A stretch of 42,721 bases of DNA from Bradymonadales bacterium. GTDB taxonomy: Bacteria; Bdellovibrionota; UBA2394. Position numbers and translations under genes: made by a program. Location: contig REDG01000021.1 in NCBI GenBank assembly GCA_007693605.1, positions 1 to 42,721 of the forward strand, given 5' to 3'. Below the pieces are notes generated by a model that did no database searches, was not told the origin of the DNA, and was given only the letters and a program-made list of their open reading frames with translations. Below, piece by piece: positions 19,280-27,753 of this stretch (position 1 is the first letter of the stretch; each line of letters begins with the position of its first letter).

Positions 19280-19505
19280 TCATCGTCCCTAGTCGGGCCC
19301 CCTATGTTTTTTGATGCAGGGAACGCCCGTAGACCAGTTTAAGAGCTTGTTTCTCTTGGGCCTACGAGATTTTGAATATTTTTTAGACTGGTTTTGACGA
19401 AAGCTATGCTATGAAAGGGGCTTGTATTTGCCGCCCTAGGGAGTGTGGCGCAAAGTCGATTGATCAGATCACGACTGAATCGAATAGAAGAGAGGAACAG
19501 ATTTT

Positions 19506-20618
19506 ATGCCTGAGAACAAGTCCCCCAATGCCGGAAGAAGTATTTCTTTTTTAGCCCCCCATGTTTCTAAATTGAACGCCTGGGCGATTGGTGTCGATTT
19601 GGGCTCAGAGAGCCTTCGAGGGGCTTGGGTCCACTCGAGCGGCCAGCTGCATGATCCGATCAAATGGGAGACACGAGTCGAAGATGGAAAAGAAAAGGTT
19701 TTAGGTCGAATGCTCCAGTTGGTGGAGGAGCTGATGAAGAACCCTCCAGAAGGAGTAGACCCAGAGAAGGACTGCTTAGGAGCAGGCTTTGGCGTTCCGG
19801 GGATTCTGCACTTGAAAAAGGGTATCGTCGTTCAGAGCCCTCACTTTCCAGATTGGAAGCGATTTGCCGTCCATGAAAAGCTGAGAAAGAAGCTTAATAT
19901 TCCGGTGTTTGTTGATAACGATGCCAATGTCGCAGCCATCGGAGAGAAGATTTTTGGCGCCTGCAAATCTTATGATCATTTTATTAGTGTCGTTCTAGGA
20001 CGAGGCATTAGTGGAGCGATTTTCGTTAACGGTGATATTTATCAAGGCAGTCTCGGGATGGCGGGCGAAGTGGGTCATATCACAGTGGACCCTCAGGGCT
20101 TGCCAGAAGCAACGGGCAACAGGGGCTCGGTAGAGCTCTATGCCAGTGGTTACGGCTTGCAGAGAATGATCAAAGAGCTGACGGATGCCAATCCAGACAT
20201 CCAAGCGGACTCGCCTGAAGATTTGTTTGAACTCTATAAGCGAGGCAATAAGTACGAGCATTTTGATAAGATCGAAAAGATCTTCAACGAGATGGGAGAC
20301 GCCTTGGGTGTGATGCTCGCCAATGTGGTGAACACACTAGACCCTCAGGCCATTTGTTTTGCAGGAAGTCTTACAGGAGCCTGGAAGGCCTTTAGTCGCA
20401 AGATGATTCAAATCACCATGGAAAGATCTTTCGTGGCTCGTCACAATAAGCTTCGAATTCTTTGCACAAGCTTATCCAAAAATTCGAACTTTTTAGAGGC
20501 GGGGGTTGTAGGATCGGCTTCGATGGTTTTTATTGACCAATTGAGACGAAGCCAAGAGGAGCTGAAAGCCTCTAGCAAAACCTCCTCTTCACCAAAGTTG
20601 AAGGTTGTCTCGAGCTAG
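19506..20618 (+). CDS. ROK-family sugar kinase
   Basis: Motifs GVDLG, GFGVPG, DNDANVAAIGE and AGEVGH. The Cys-rich Zn motif is replaced by PEATGNRGSVE. Confidence 0.88.
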   Translation: MPENKSPNAGRSISFLAPHVSKLNAWAIGVDLGSESLRGAWVHSSGQLHDPIKWETRVEDGKEKVLGRMLQLVEELMKNPPEGVDPEKDCLGAGFGVPGILHLKKGIVVQSPHFPDWKRFAVHEKLRKKLNIPVFVDNDANVAAIGEKIFGACKSYDHFISVVLGRGISGAIFVNGDIYQGSLGMAGEVGHITVDPQGLPEATGNRGSVELYASGYGLQRMIKELTDANPDIQADSPEDLFELYKRGNKYEHFDKIEKIFNEMGDALGVMLANVVNTLDPQAICFAGSLTGAWKAFSRKMIQITMERSFVARHNKLRILCTSLSKNSNFLEAGVVGSASMVFIDQLRRSQEELKASSKTSSSPKLKVVSS

Positions 20619-20651
20619 ACCCTCTAGATCGAGAACGCCAAAACCGCTGCT

Positions 20652-21074
20652 TTAGTCTTTTGGCTTCTCGACGAGTTCAATCAGAAGACCTCCGAAGCTT
20701 TTAGGATGCACGAAGGCTGTGAGACAGCCGCCTGCACCCGGTCTTGGCTCTTCGTCCACAAGCTGACAGCCTCGGGCTTTAAAATGAGCTAAAGCCTTCT
20801 TGATCGAGTCGACTCGAACCGCCAGATGGTGAACCCCGTTTCCTCTCTTCTGGAGAAATTTCGAGATTGGCGAGTCTTCCGCCGTGGCTTCCAGGAGCTC
20901 AACAGAGCTGCTGCCAATTCTCAAAAAATCCGTCTTCACCTTTTGTGACGGCACCTCTTCTGAATGCTCTATGGAAATGCCTAGCAGAGTCTCGAATCGT
21001 TCTGCCAGCTCGGCAGAGTCTTTGGCGGCAATCGCGATATGCTCGAGGCCCAACACTTTAAAATCCACAATCAA
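20652..21074 (-). CDS. mce: Methylmalonyl-CoA epimerase (VOC family)
   Basis: HIAIA, EEVPSQKVK, ELLE, SPISKFLQKRGNGVHHLA and FVHPKSFGGLLIELVE. RBS GAGGAG precedes a TTG start. Confidence 0.9.
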   Translation of the reverse strand: MIVDFKVLGLEHIAIAAKDSAELAERFETLLGISIEHSEEVPSQKVKTDFLRIGSSSVELLEATAEDSPISKFLQKRGNGVHHLAVRVDSIKKALAHFKARGCQLVDEEPRPGAGGCLTAFVHPKSFGGLLIELVEKPKD

Positions 21075-21175
21075 TTCTCCTCGACAGCCTTTTTCTCAGC
21101 TCGCCCCAAAATGCGCAAGCGAGGATACTGGAGTCTCGCGTTCTGCAAGTCAGGCATTTCTCCGAAAGCTAGCCG

Positions 21176-21222
21176 TGGGCCTTTAGCGACACTCCCGAAC
21201 AGAGAGTTTGGCGACAGTCCCT
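21176..21222 (-). repeat. Two tandem ends of the same REP/MITE-like family
   Basis: TGGGCCTTTAGCGACACTCCC (21176-21196) and the degenerate TTTGGCGACAGTCCCT (21207-21222). Confidence 0.7.
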
Positions 21223-21375
21223 CCATGTATGCCGCTACGGGATTGTTGTGTTCATGACCCCAACTGGGTGGGCGCTGCCCCTCCCTTTTGGGACATGCGT
21301 GTCTCGAAACCTGTGGATTTTCCCGCTAGAGGCCCAGAAACTGGTCTTTGGCGGGCTCTGGGCGCTGGCACGAGC
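21223..21375 (-). ncRNA. Possible structured RNA with 6S RNA-like 3' motifs
   Basis: The minus strand has GCATG..CCCACC..GGGGTCA..GCGGCAT in 6S-like order and three short hairpins. The 5' half pairs poorly and the usual zapA/ygfA synteny is absent. Confidence 0.25.
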
Positions 21376-21381
21376 CTTGCA
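21366..21381 (+). promoter_or_regulatory. Sigma-54 promoter (-24/-12)
   Basis: TGGCACGAGCCTTGCA is a perfect match to TGGCACG-N4-TTGCW, 45 bp upstream of ORF 21427. Confidence 0.8.
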
Positions 21382-21426
21382 ATCTTTGCGTAGTAGTTAG
21401 TTTGAGGAGAGAAAAGGGGTCTTCTA

Positions 21427-21627
21427 ATGACACGAGAAAACACAGCCATTGCAAAGAAGCTAGAAGGCTATTTTGACGAAGCCGAAAGCGGCTCAGAGAA
21501 AAGGCCTTCGATCTTTTTGAACCTCTACCTTGTAGCCTTGATGAGCTTTGCAGTCACAGCCACGAAAATTGCGCTTTGGGCCACTCGAAAGGTGAATCGG
21601 ATCGAAAAGTCTCTTCAAAACTCTTAG
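21427..21627 (+). CDS. Small single-TM hypothetical protein
   Basis: AGGGG RBS, upstream sigma-54 site and hydrophobic stretch IFLNLYLVALMSFAVTA. Confidence 0.6.
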   Translation: MTRENTAIAKKLEGYFDEAESGSEKRPSIFLNLYLVALMSFAVTATKIALWATRKVNRIEKSLQNS

Positions 21628-21683
21628 CGACGCGGCCGCCACTGCAAGGCGGGAAAGGAGCCTTGCAGCTATCTGCAAATGTT

Positions 21684-21730
21684 GTCGACCGGAGGTCGAC
21701 CTGAATGCAGGGGCAGATGGGCCTTTAGCG
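21684..21730 (-). repeat. REP/MITE-like repeat copy
   Basis: Reverse-complement match to 8666-8712, with a 34-bp core at 32/34 identity. Confidence 0.8.
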
Positions 21731-21736
21731 TTTCAT

Positions 21737-22239
21737 GGGGACTGGCGATAAAGGTCCAGATGCAAGAAGGCAAGTGGTCCAACCGGTAAATTGTTTCCGT
21801 GTTGTGCTGAGGCCAGTTTGAGGCGATGCAAGGCGGCAGCGAGGCGCATATTGGACATATGCAACGAGCGACAACGCCGCAGCGGCTCAAAAGGGCCCAG
21901 CCCGAAGGGAATCAAGCTTTTGCCCCGACTCAGCGTTGCTCGGGATGGCATAGGTACCCAACCTGATCCCACCCTCGCGCCTTGATTCGAAGCAAAAGCT
22001 TGATTCACAACATGAAAAAATTTACCGGTTGGACCACTAGGAGCGAGAAATAATGGATGACCAACCTCTTTAAATCGAGGGCTGGTTACCTCACACATAA
22101 AGTGATCAAGTGATCATTTTCTAGATGTAAACAAGAAGAAGGAGGTCATCCATATGAGCAGCGCAGTGTGGTTATGATGCCACTCGAGCAGCGCAGCGAC
22201 GCAGCCGCCGAAGCAGATGGGCCTTTAGCGTCAGTCCCC
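21737..22239. mobile_element. Non-autonomous MITE-like element with nested insertion
   Basis: Imperfect 27-bp TIRs GGGGACTGGCGATAAAGGTCCAGATGC (21737-21763) and GCAGATGGGCCTTTAGCGTCAGTCCCC (22213-22239). No credible transposase. Confidence 0.7.
21773..22038. mobile_element. Inner MITE-like element
   Basis: 25-bp inverted repeats 21773-21797 and 22014-22038 (24/25 match). The right end lies in CTAG and the left end in CAAG. Confidence 0.72.
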
Positions 22240-23258
22240 TAAGTCGCCATGGCTTCGACCAAAGAGTCAATCAACTTCGGAAGGTCTGTTCCGATCTTCT
22301 CAATCTTGGCTTCAGGAATCTTCAGTTCTGCAAAGCTGCTCTCATGTTTAAGAATGAAGGGATCTTCCTCGTGTCCGTATCCGAAGTGATGGCATAGCCG
22401 GTTAGCAAGATAGATCACCTGAATCATCTTACTGTCGATCGAGGCAGATTTTGGCTGATGATGCCAGCGAATGGATTCAAAGATTTCTTGTGGCAGCTTC
22501 CACTTCGCCGCCACGAGAGCCCCAACACTCGTGTGGTAGTCATTAAAAACAGTCGGAAGTAAAACCTCTTCAAAGACTTCATGAAGGCGGGTTGCGTCGG
22601 GCCTCGCATTCTTTTTCAGGAGCTGGGCTTTCTGCTCGGGCGTTCCCCATAGACGAATCTTCTTTTCTTCCGGCGACTCTGGCTTCGGCTTCAAGAGCTC
22701 AAGCTCCCATCCAGAGACTACTTGAATCAGTACAGGTTTTCCGATGTCGTGAACCAGACCCGCAAGAAAGGCCGTGTCTGCATTTAACCCGGCATACTGT
22801 GCTAGAATTTGAGAAATTCCAGCGCAGGCCACCGAGTGGGTCCAAATGTCCTTCAAGGCTTTTTCATAGGCCTTTACTCGAAAAACCTTTGAGTGAAGCG
22901 AAAGTGAAAAAACAACATCCTTCAATGTTTTGAGCCCAATGCGACTCATCGCATCTCGCAATGAAACTACCTCACTCAATCCGCGGTAATAGGCAGAGTT
23001 CGAGACTTTAATGACATGAGTCGCAAGAACTTGATCTTGTTTTAAGATTCTCTCGATCTCGGTAAAACCCGAATTTGGATTGTTAGCAAGCTGAAGCACT
23101 TGAGTCGCTACATGAGGCAAGAGCGGAATCTCAAAACTCTCTGACTGAACGGCTTCTTTCACTCTGACTTTGACTTGACGAATGTAGGGAGACAAAGAGT
23201 CCTCTTCGGCAGCGACTGCCTCCCCCTTGCCGTAGTTAGGATCCGTCTTTTTAGTCAT
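22239..23258 (-). CDS. HDOD domain protein
   Basis: IPLLPHVATQVL, DQVLATHVIKVSNSAYY, WTHS, AGLVHDIGK, KWKLP and HH. Confidence 0.9.
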   Translation of the reverse strand: MTKKTDPNYGKGEAVAAEEDSLSPYIRQVKVRVKEAVQSESFEIPLLPHVATQVLQLANNPNSGFTEIERILKQDQVLATHVIKVSNSAYYRGLSEVVSLRDAMSRIGLKTLKDVVFSLSLHSKVFRVKAYEKALKDIWTHSVACAGISQILAQYAGLNADTAFLAGLVHDIGKPVLIQVVSGWELELLKPKPESPEEKKIRLWGTPEQKAQLLKKNARPDATRLHEVFEEVLLPTVFNDYHTSVGALVAAKWKLPQEIFESIRWHHQPKSASIDSKMIQVIYLANRLCHHFGYGHEEDPFILKHESSFAELKIPEAKIEKIGTDLPKLIDSLVEAMAT

Positions 23259-23350
23259 TGCCCCCTCTTTGCAAACAGCCCAAGAACTAAAGACTATCAG
23301 GCTAAAGACGATCTTGAAAAGCTCTCTCTCAGAGCTTCTAAGAGTGGCCT

Positions 23351-24517
23351 TTACTCAAAGGCTATCACCAAAACTGAGGATTGATTCTGCGTCAAAGCAA
23401 TCTCCGCCTGTGAACTGATCCCAAAGATTTTGGTTTCTGGAGGAAAAGCTTTTGAAACCAGCTCCAGATTCGAGGGGCCCTCAGTTCGCTCTCTCGAATG
23501 ACTGGCCGCAGAAATCATCAAAACAAAACTCGGATGAGGTATTTTTTCTCGAAGCTGACCTAGTAATCGTTCGGCATTCTTCTCGAGATAGCCCGGCTTT
23601 TTCTGCCCCAAATAATGCTTCTTGCTAAAATCAACGGCTTCGCTCACCGCCACCATGCCCGTCGTCATTTCGCTCCCCAATAGAGAAATACAGCGATAAG
23701 CTTCTCCTAAGAATCTCGTAGGGTTCTTACAATCCTCGGCACTCTCAATCAAATAGAGATTGCCCATATGCTTTCGAAACTCATCTTGAGCCATCATGGG
23801 CAAATCTTCGACTTCTACCAAATGCTCGCAGAGTCGGTAGAATGCTGGCTTTTGATCGATCTCAATCACAAGGTTTTCAGACATCCGATTGATTTGAATG
23901 GGCTGAGATTCAATCTGAACACTCTGAATACAAACGGCCTCAGCCTTAACCCCTTTCATCGCCATGGCGACCAAAGCGTTACTGTAAATCTCAGAATTCA
24001 AAACCACACTACACTGAGGAATCCCGTAACTAGTAGACCACCCCAAGATGGGCAGCTGCGGCATGCTCTCTTGAATCTGCTGAAGTTTTGTGCCCACATG
24101 AAAGTGAAGGCTATCAGCCACGAACAAACAAAGCGCATCAGAAAGACTTCGGTCTTCGATCTGTCTAGCAAGCTCCACCGCCCACAAGCCTTGCTTTTCT
24201 TTCAGTGAGTTCACCTTTAAAAACTCTGGTTCAAAGCTCAGCTCTCGAAAAGCCAAAACAAAGAGACCTGACTCAGCTTCCATGGAATGATCTTTGGACC
24301 AAGCGGACCAAGTAGAGCACCCCAAAAGCGGCTTCGAACGAAAGTTTCTCTTTAAAAGAGAACTGAGCAATTCAAGATCCATACTATGGTCATAGGTAAA
24401 GCAAACTAGATACAGATCGGCCTGAAGCGCTTTGAGTTCCTGGTGTGCTTTTTTTTGGGCCTCTTGTAGGGCCTGAGCGGGGTCCTTTAACTGACTAAAA
24501 CCAATACCTACCTGCAT
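23351..24517 (-). CDS. FIST (NosP-like) sensory domain protein
   Basis: VGIGFS...PAQAL, LLGCST, IEIDQKPA, FGISSQAEI and QNQSSV match FIST_N/FIST_C patterns. Confidence 0.75.
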   Translation of the reverse strand: MQVGIGFSQLKDPAQALQEAQKKAHQELKALQADLYLVCFTYDHSMDLELLSSLLKRNFRSKPLLGCSTWSAWSKDHSMEAESGLFVLAFRELSFEPEFLKVNSLKEKQGLWAVELARQIEDRSLSDALCLFVADSLHFHVGTKLQQIQESMPQLPILGWSTSYGIPQCSVVLNSEIYSNALVAMAMKGVKAEAVCIQSVQIESQPIQINRMSENLVIEIDQKPAFYRLCEHLVEVEDLPMMAQDEFRKHMGNLYLIESAEDCKNPTRFLGEAYRCISLLGSEMTTGMVAVSEAVDFSKKHYLGQKKPGYLEKNAERLLGQLREKIPHPSFVLMISAASHSRERTEGPSNLELVSKAFPPETKIFGISSQAEIALTQNQSSVLVIAFE

Positions 24518-24518
24518 T

Positions 24519-25958
24519 TCACAATCCTAAGGGTCGCAACTTAAACAATTCTTCTGGGAGGGAAAGCTCCGATGCTTTCAAGCTCTTTCGAATCGAGCGA
24601 CGATAAACTCCAAGATCTTGATTTAATTCCGATAAGTCCACCAAAAAAGGTCTCTCTAAGGCTTGGCCTGCCGGATCTGTCAAGACACTCACAATCGGTC
24701 TCTGAAACTTTAAGGGGTCGGAGCCCCCTGAGAAAACCTGAGCAATCTCCCCTGTTTGAAGCTCTAAGACACTTCCGACCGGATAAATTCCCATCCAATT
24801 GATAAAGAGTTTCAGAAGAGTCAGATCCAAAGACTCCTTTTCATGAAGAAGTTTTGCCATCGCCTCGTCAGGCAGAAGTCTATCTTCTCGTTTCTGTCCA
24901 AACAAGAGTCGCTCATACAAACAGACGACCCGAACGATTCTAGAATAAAAATGTGCCCGGCATTGAACAGCATTGATCTCATAGGAAAGCTTCAGTCCAT
25001 GAAAGTAGGAAAGCTCGATCAGGGCCAATCCTTCCGCCGAGCCAAGAGCCTCCATCTCCTTGATTCTTCCGAGCAGCACAACGAGCTCACCCGCTTCGGC
25101 TTCTGAGAGGGGCTCTAGCCGCACCTCTTGTCGTAAGCGATAAATGAACGGGTGGAGTGCGGCCACTCTCCCCATTTCAACGGCGACTCCCGACGGAAGC
25201 CCCATCGACCTCCCCCAGGCCATCGTAATCACTGCCGCCTCCGCCCCCATCGAAGAGAACTTGACCGAAGAGTTGTCCACGGCCTTCTCTCCTAGTCGAA
25301 GAACCTGAAGTAACTCCTCGTCAGGAATCTGAATCATCTGCCTTAAGATCTTTTCGATCCCCTGCACATCAAAGCTCTTCGCTCGTTCCAAGTTCTCCAG
25401 ATAAATCTGAAGGTCGCGTCGAAGCTTCTCAAAAAGCTCGAAGGCGATCACTTCTAAGTCATCTAATTTCTGCTCATCGCTCTCTTCGGTCTCGGTTCGC
25501 GACTTCAGGTCGAAGCCCTCAAACTCAGGGCCAAGAACTTTCTGAGACGCCGCCTCAATCGAAGACTCGTCAGACGGATCAATGCTGTGAAGTAGCCTTA
25601 GAAAGGCGAGCAAAGAGGAAGTCGATGTCTTAAAGGGCATCTCAATGGATGCCAGCCTCTTTTCCTTTAGGCTTGAGATAAACACCTTGTTAATTCTCAA
25701 CTGACGATTGTTCGGGATAATCCTCTCTTGATTGATGAAGACTTGATCTCCCCGAAAACTCAACTCGCAGATTTTCGAATCTTCGTAAAAAGCCGCCACC
25801 TCTCCGAGGGCGTCGACTACTCGTTTTGCCGCTCCCTGAAAAATCTGATGCTTTAAATCATAGAGTCGAGCGTAACGAAACAGATTTAGAATCGACTGAA
25901 TCAAAACCGTTCGGGCCTGCTTCTTAAAGCCTGAATTCTTAGAAACAGCCTCACTCAT
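24519..25958 (-). CDS. Degenerate HD-GYP-like protein
   Basis: N-terminal ARLYDLKH motif, YSRIVRVVCLYE, and the C-terminal LFINWMGIYPVGSVLELQTGEIAQV...RPIV tail typical of HD-GYP proteins. The catalytic HD is replaced (AALHPF). Confidence 0.7.
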   Translation of the reverse strand: MSEAVSKNSGFKKQARTVLIQSILNLFRYARLYDLKHQIFQGAAKRVVDALGEVAAFYEDSKICELSFRGDQVFINQERIIPNNRQLRINKVFISSLKEKRLASIEMPFKTSTSSLLAFLRLLHSIDPSDESSIEAASQKVLGPEFEGFDLKSRTETEESDEQKLDDLEVIAFELFEKLRRDLQIYLENLERAKSFDVQGIEKILRQMIQIPDEELLQVLRLGEKAVDNSSVKFSSMGAEAAVITMAWGRSMGLPSGVAVEMGRVAALHPFIYRLRQEVRLEPLSEAEAGELVVLLGRIKEMEALGSAEGLALIELSYFHGLKLSYEINAVQCRAHFYSRIVRVVCLYERLLFGQKREDRLLPDEAMAKLLHEKESLDLTLLKLFINWMGIYPVGSVLELQTGEIAQVFSGGSDPLKFQRPIVSVLTDPAGQALERPFLVDLSELNQDLGVYRRSIRKSLKASELSLPEELFKLRPLGL

Positions 25959-27712
25959 CTCTTCATCCCCCGCAGAATCCTCTGCGATTCACTTGATTGG
26001 AAGACCCAAGAACTCTCCATCTCTCGAATCTCACTTAAAGCCTCTTTCCACTGAGGGTCTTCAATCGAAAAAAGTTCGCGTAAGATCCAAAGCCTTTCGT
26101 TTCGATAGCGGGGAAAGAAGAAAAAAACACGAGCTCTCACAATGGGCAGCAAATGCTGCAAACAGTCCCCTGCAAGCTGTGCAATAAGAGCCCTGACCCA
26201 AGACCGAGCCAATGTTTCAGAGCCCATCGCCCATCGCCCAGCCTCTAAGCCCCTGATCAAGAATTCTCTCCATAAGGCTGGCCGTTCGGGCTTCTCGAGC
26301 GCTTTGAGCCAAAGGCCCCGATTGTCCATAGAGAGGCTCTCATAAAGCTTGAGCGCTGCGGGCGGGGGGATCAGCAAGGAGTCGATTCTTTGCGCCACTC
26401 GACTTGAAATCTCAGGGTCTGGCGATCGAAGAAGCTGAACCAAAAACTGATCTTTCCCTTCGAAGTCTTCCTCCATCAACTCCGGCAAATAGGCTCGAAT
26501 CAAATCTGAGTCTTGAGTCGAAAAGAGTTTTTGGGGTTTCAAAAGCTTTCTCTGACGAACGAGAGCATCGAAAATAAGGCGGCGAGAGTCAGCAGTACCA
26601 TGCTGGGCTGAGATGGCAAGCGCCCTTGGAATTTGCTCCTCAGAAAGATGCTCTAGCAATCCCTTCACCATCCTGGCCTTTTTGGAATCGGCAGCCGCCA
26701 GCACCAAGACTTTGAGCTTAGCTTCAGACTCAAAGGCCTTCTGAATAGCCTCTTCAAACTGGTCTTGAACTTGCTGAGCCCAATCTTGACCAGCCCACTT
26801 CCTCAGATAAGCGGATAGAAAGAGAATCAATCCGGGGTGAAAACGATCCAGAATCGAGGTCATCAACCCAACTAGGTGACCTTCGAGTTCCTTTCTCAAC
26901 TCCTCAGAGGCTTTCGGAAACAAACCCAAGTACTGATTGAGAAGATTGAATTCGATCAGATCCAAATGAAAGCTAGAAAGCTCTTCTCTAAGAATTTCGA
27001 CCTCTCTTTTTGATACGGCAAGGATCTTCTCCGCCTTTTCACTGACACCAATACTTTGGAGATCTTTCTTTAAATCCTCGACGGCTGAGTCAGAGAGTCG
27101 GTCTTCTTCTGCCACCTCCTCTAAATCAAACTTTTCGGCGATGGGCAGATCCCAACCCCCCTCTCCGGCCGACAAGGCCCGAAACACGCTCTCATCTTTT
27201 CGGGCCGCCGTGGCGTCCACCAGAATCTCTTCGACCTGGTCTCCAAGCTCAAGTATCTGAAGACCAAAGTCTTCTAAACCCAAGCCCGAATAGAGCTGAA
27301 CGCGAAGACTGGTGGTGGGGAGCTTCCAAAGTTTTGTCGCTAAATCGCCGGGCTCCCCCTTCTCTTCTTGTTTCAAATGCGAGTAGATTTGCTTTACCCA
27401 CTGAAACAGCTCTTGAGAGCCCAAGCTCGGCAGCACAATGATCGTTCGAACTCCTTCACAAAAGAGGCTGTAGGACAAACTAAAACTCGAGCCCTCGGTT
27501 TGATGAATGGGTTGACCGTCATGGTTTACTCGGGCCGAAAAGATATCAAAAAAATAGGGTTCTTCCCGCTCGCGAAAGGCTTGGTCGATAGATGCCTGGG
27601 TCGCCTCCAAAACCGTCTCTAATTGACGCGGTTCCCCAGACCAAAGGGTACAAAGCTTAAAAAGCTTCTCAAACTCCCGATAGAGACCGACCACCTCTTT
27701 GCTAGAACTCAT
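25955..27712 (-). CDS. HEAT-repeat-like helical protein
   Basis: N-terminus SLFCEGVRTIIVLPSLGSQEL...DLATKLW is typical of deltaproteobacterial HEAT proteins paired with HD-GYP genes. 4-bp overlap with the downstream gene. Confidence 0.6.
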   Translation of the reverse strand: MSSSKEVVGLYREFEKLFKLCTLWSGEPRQLETVLEATQASIDQAFREREEPYFFDIFSARVNHDGQPIHQTEGSSFSLSYSLFCEGVRTIIVLPSLGSQELFQWVKQIYSHLKQEEKGEPGDLATKLWKLPTTSLRVQLYSGLGLEDFGLQILELGDQVEEILVDATAARKDESVFRALSAGEGGWDLPIAEKFDLEEVAEEDRLSDSAVEDLKKDLQSIGVSEKAEKILAVSKREVEILREELSSFHLDLIEFNLLNQYLGLFPKASEELRKELEGHLVGLMTSILDRFHPGLILFLSAYLRKWAGQDWAQQVQDQFEEAIQKAFESEAKLKVLVLAAADSKKARMVKGLLEHLSEEQIPRALAISAQHGTADSRRLIFDALVRQRKLLKPQKLFSTQDSDLIRAYLPELMEEDFEGKDQFLVQLLRSPDPEISSRVAQRIDSLLIPPPAALKLYESLSMDNRGLWLKALEKPERPALWREFLIRGLEAGRWAMGSETLARSWVRALIAQLAGDCLQHLLPIVRARVFFFFPRYRNERLWILRELFSIEDPQWKEALSEIREMESSWVFQSSESQRILRGMKR

Positions 27713-27753
27713 GTTACAATTAAGATGCTAATACGCCTGGGGGAAAGAGCCAA

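Noticed and set aside
21255..21300. tRNA-like cloverleaf
   Set aside because: The arms are too short, and there is no T-loop TTCGA consensus or acceptor stem/CCA.
21669..22098. ORFs of 64-121 aa inside the repeat region
   Set aside because: They lie within palindromic MITE sequence and have no transposase motifs or clear RBS.
21176..22239. CRISPR array
   Set aside because: The repeats are inverted, irregularly spaced and degenerate, with no constant spacer length and no cas genes.
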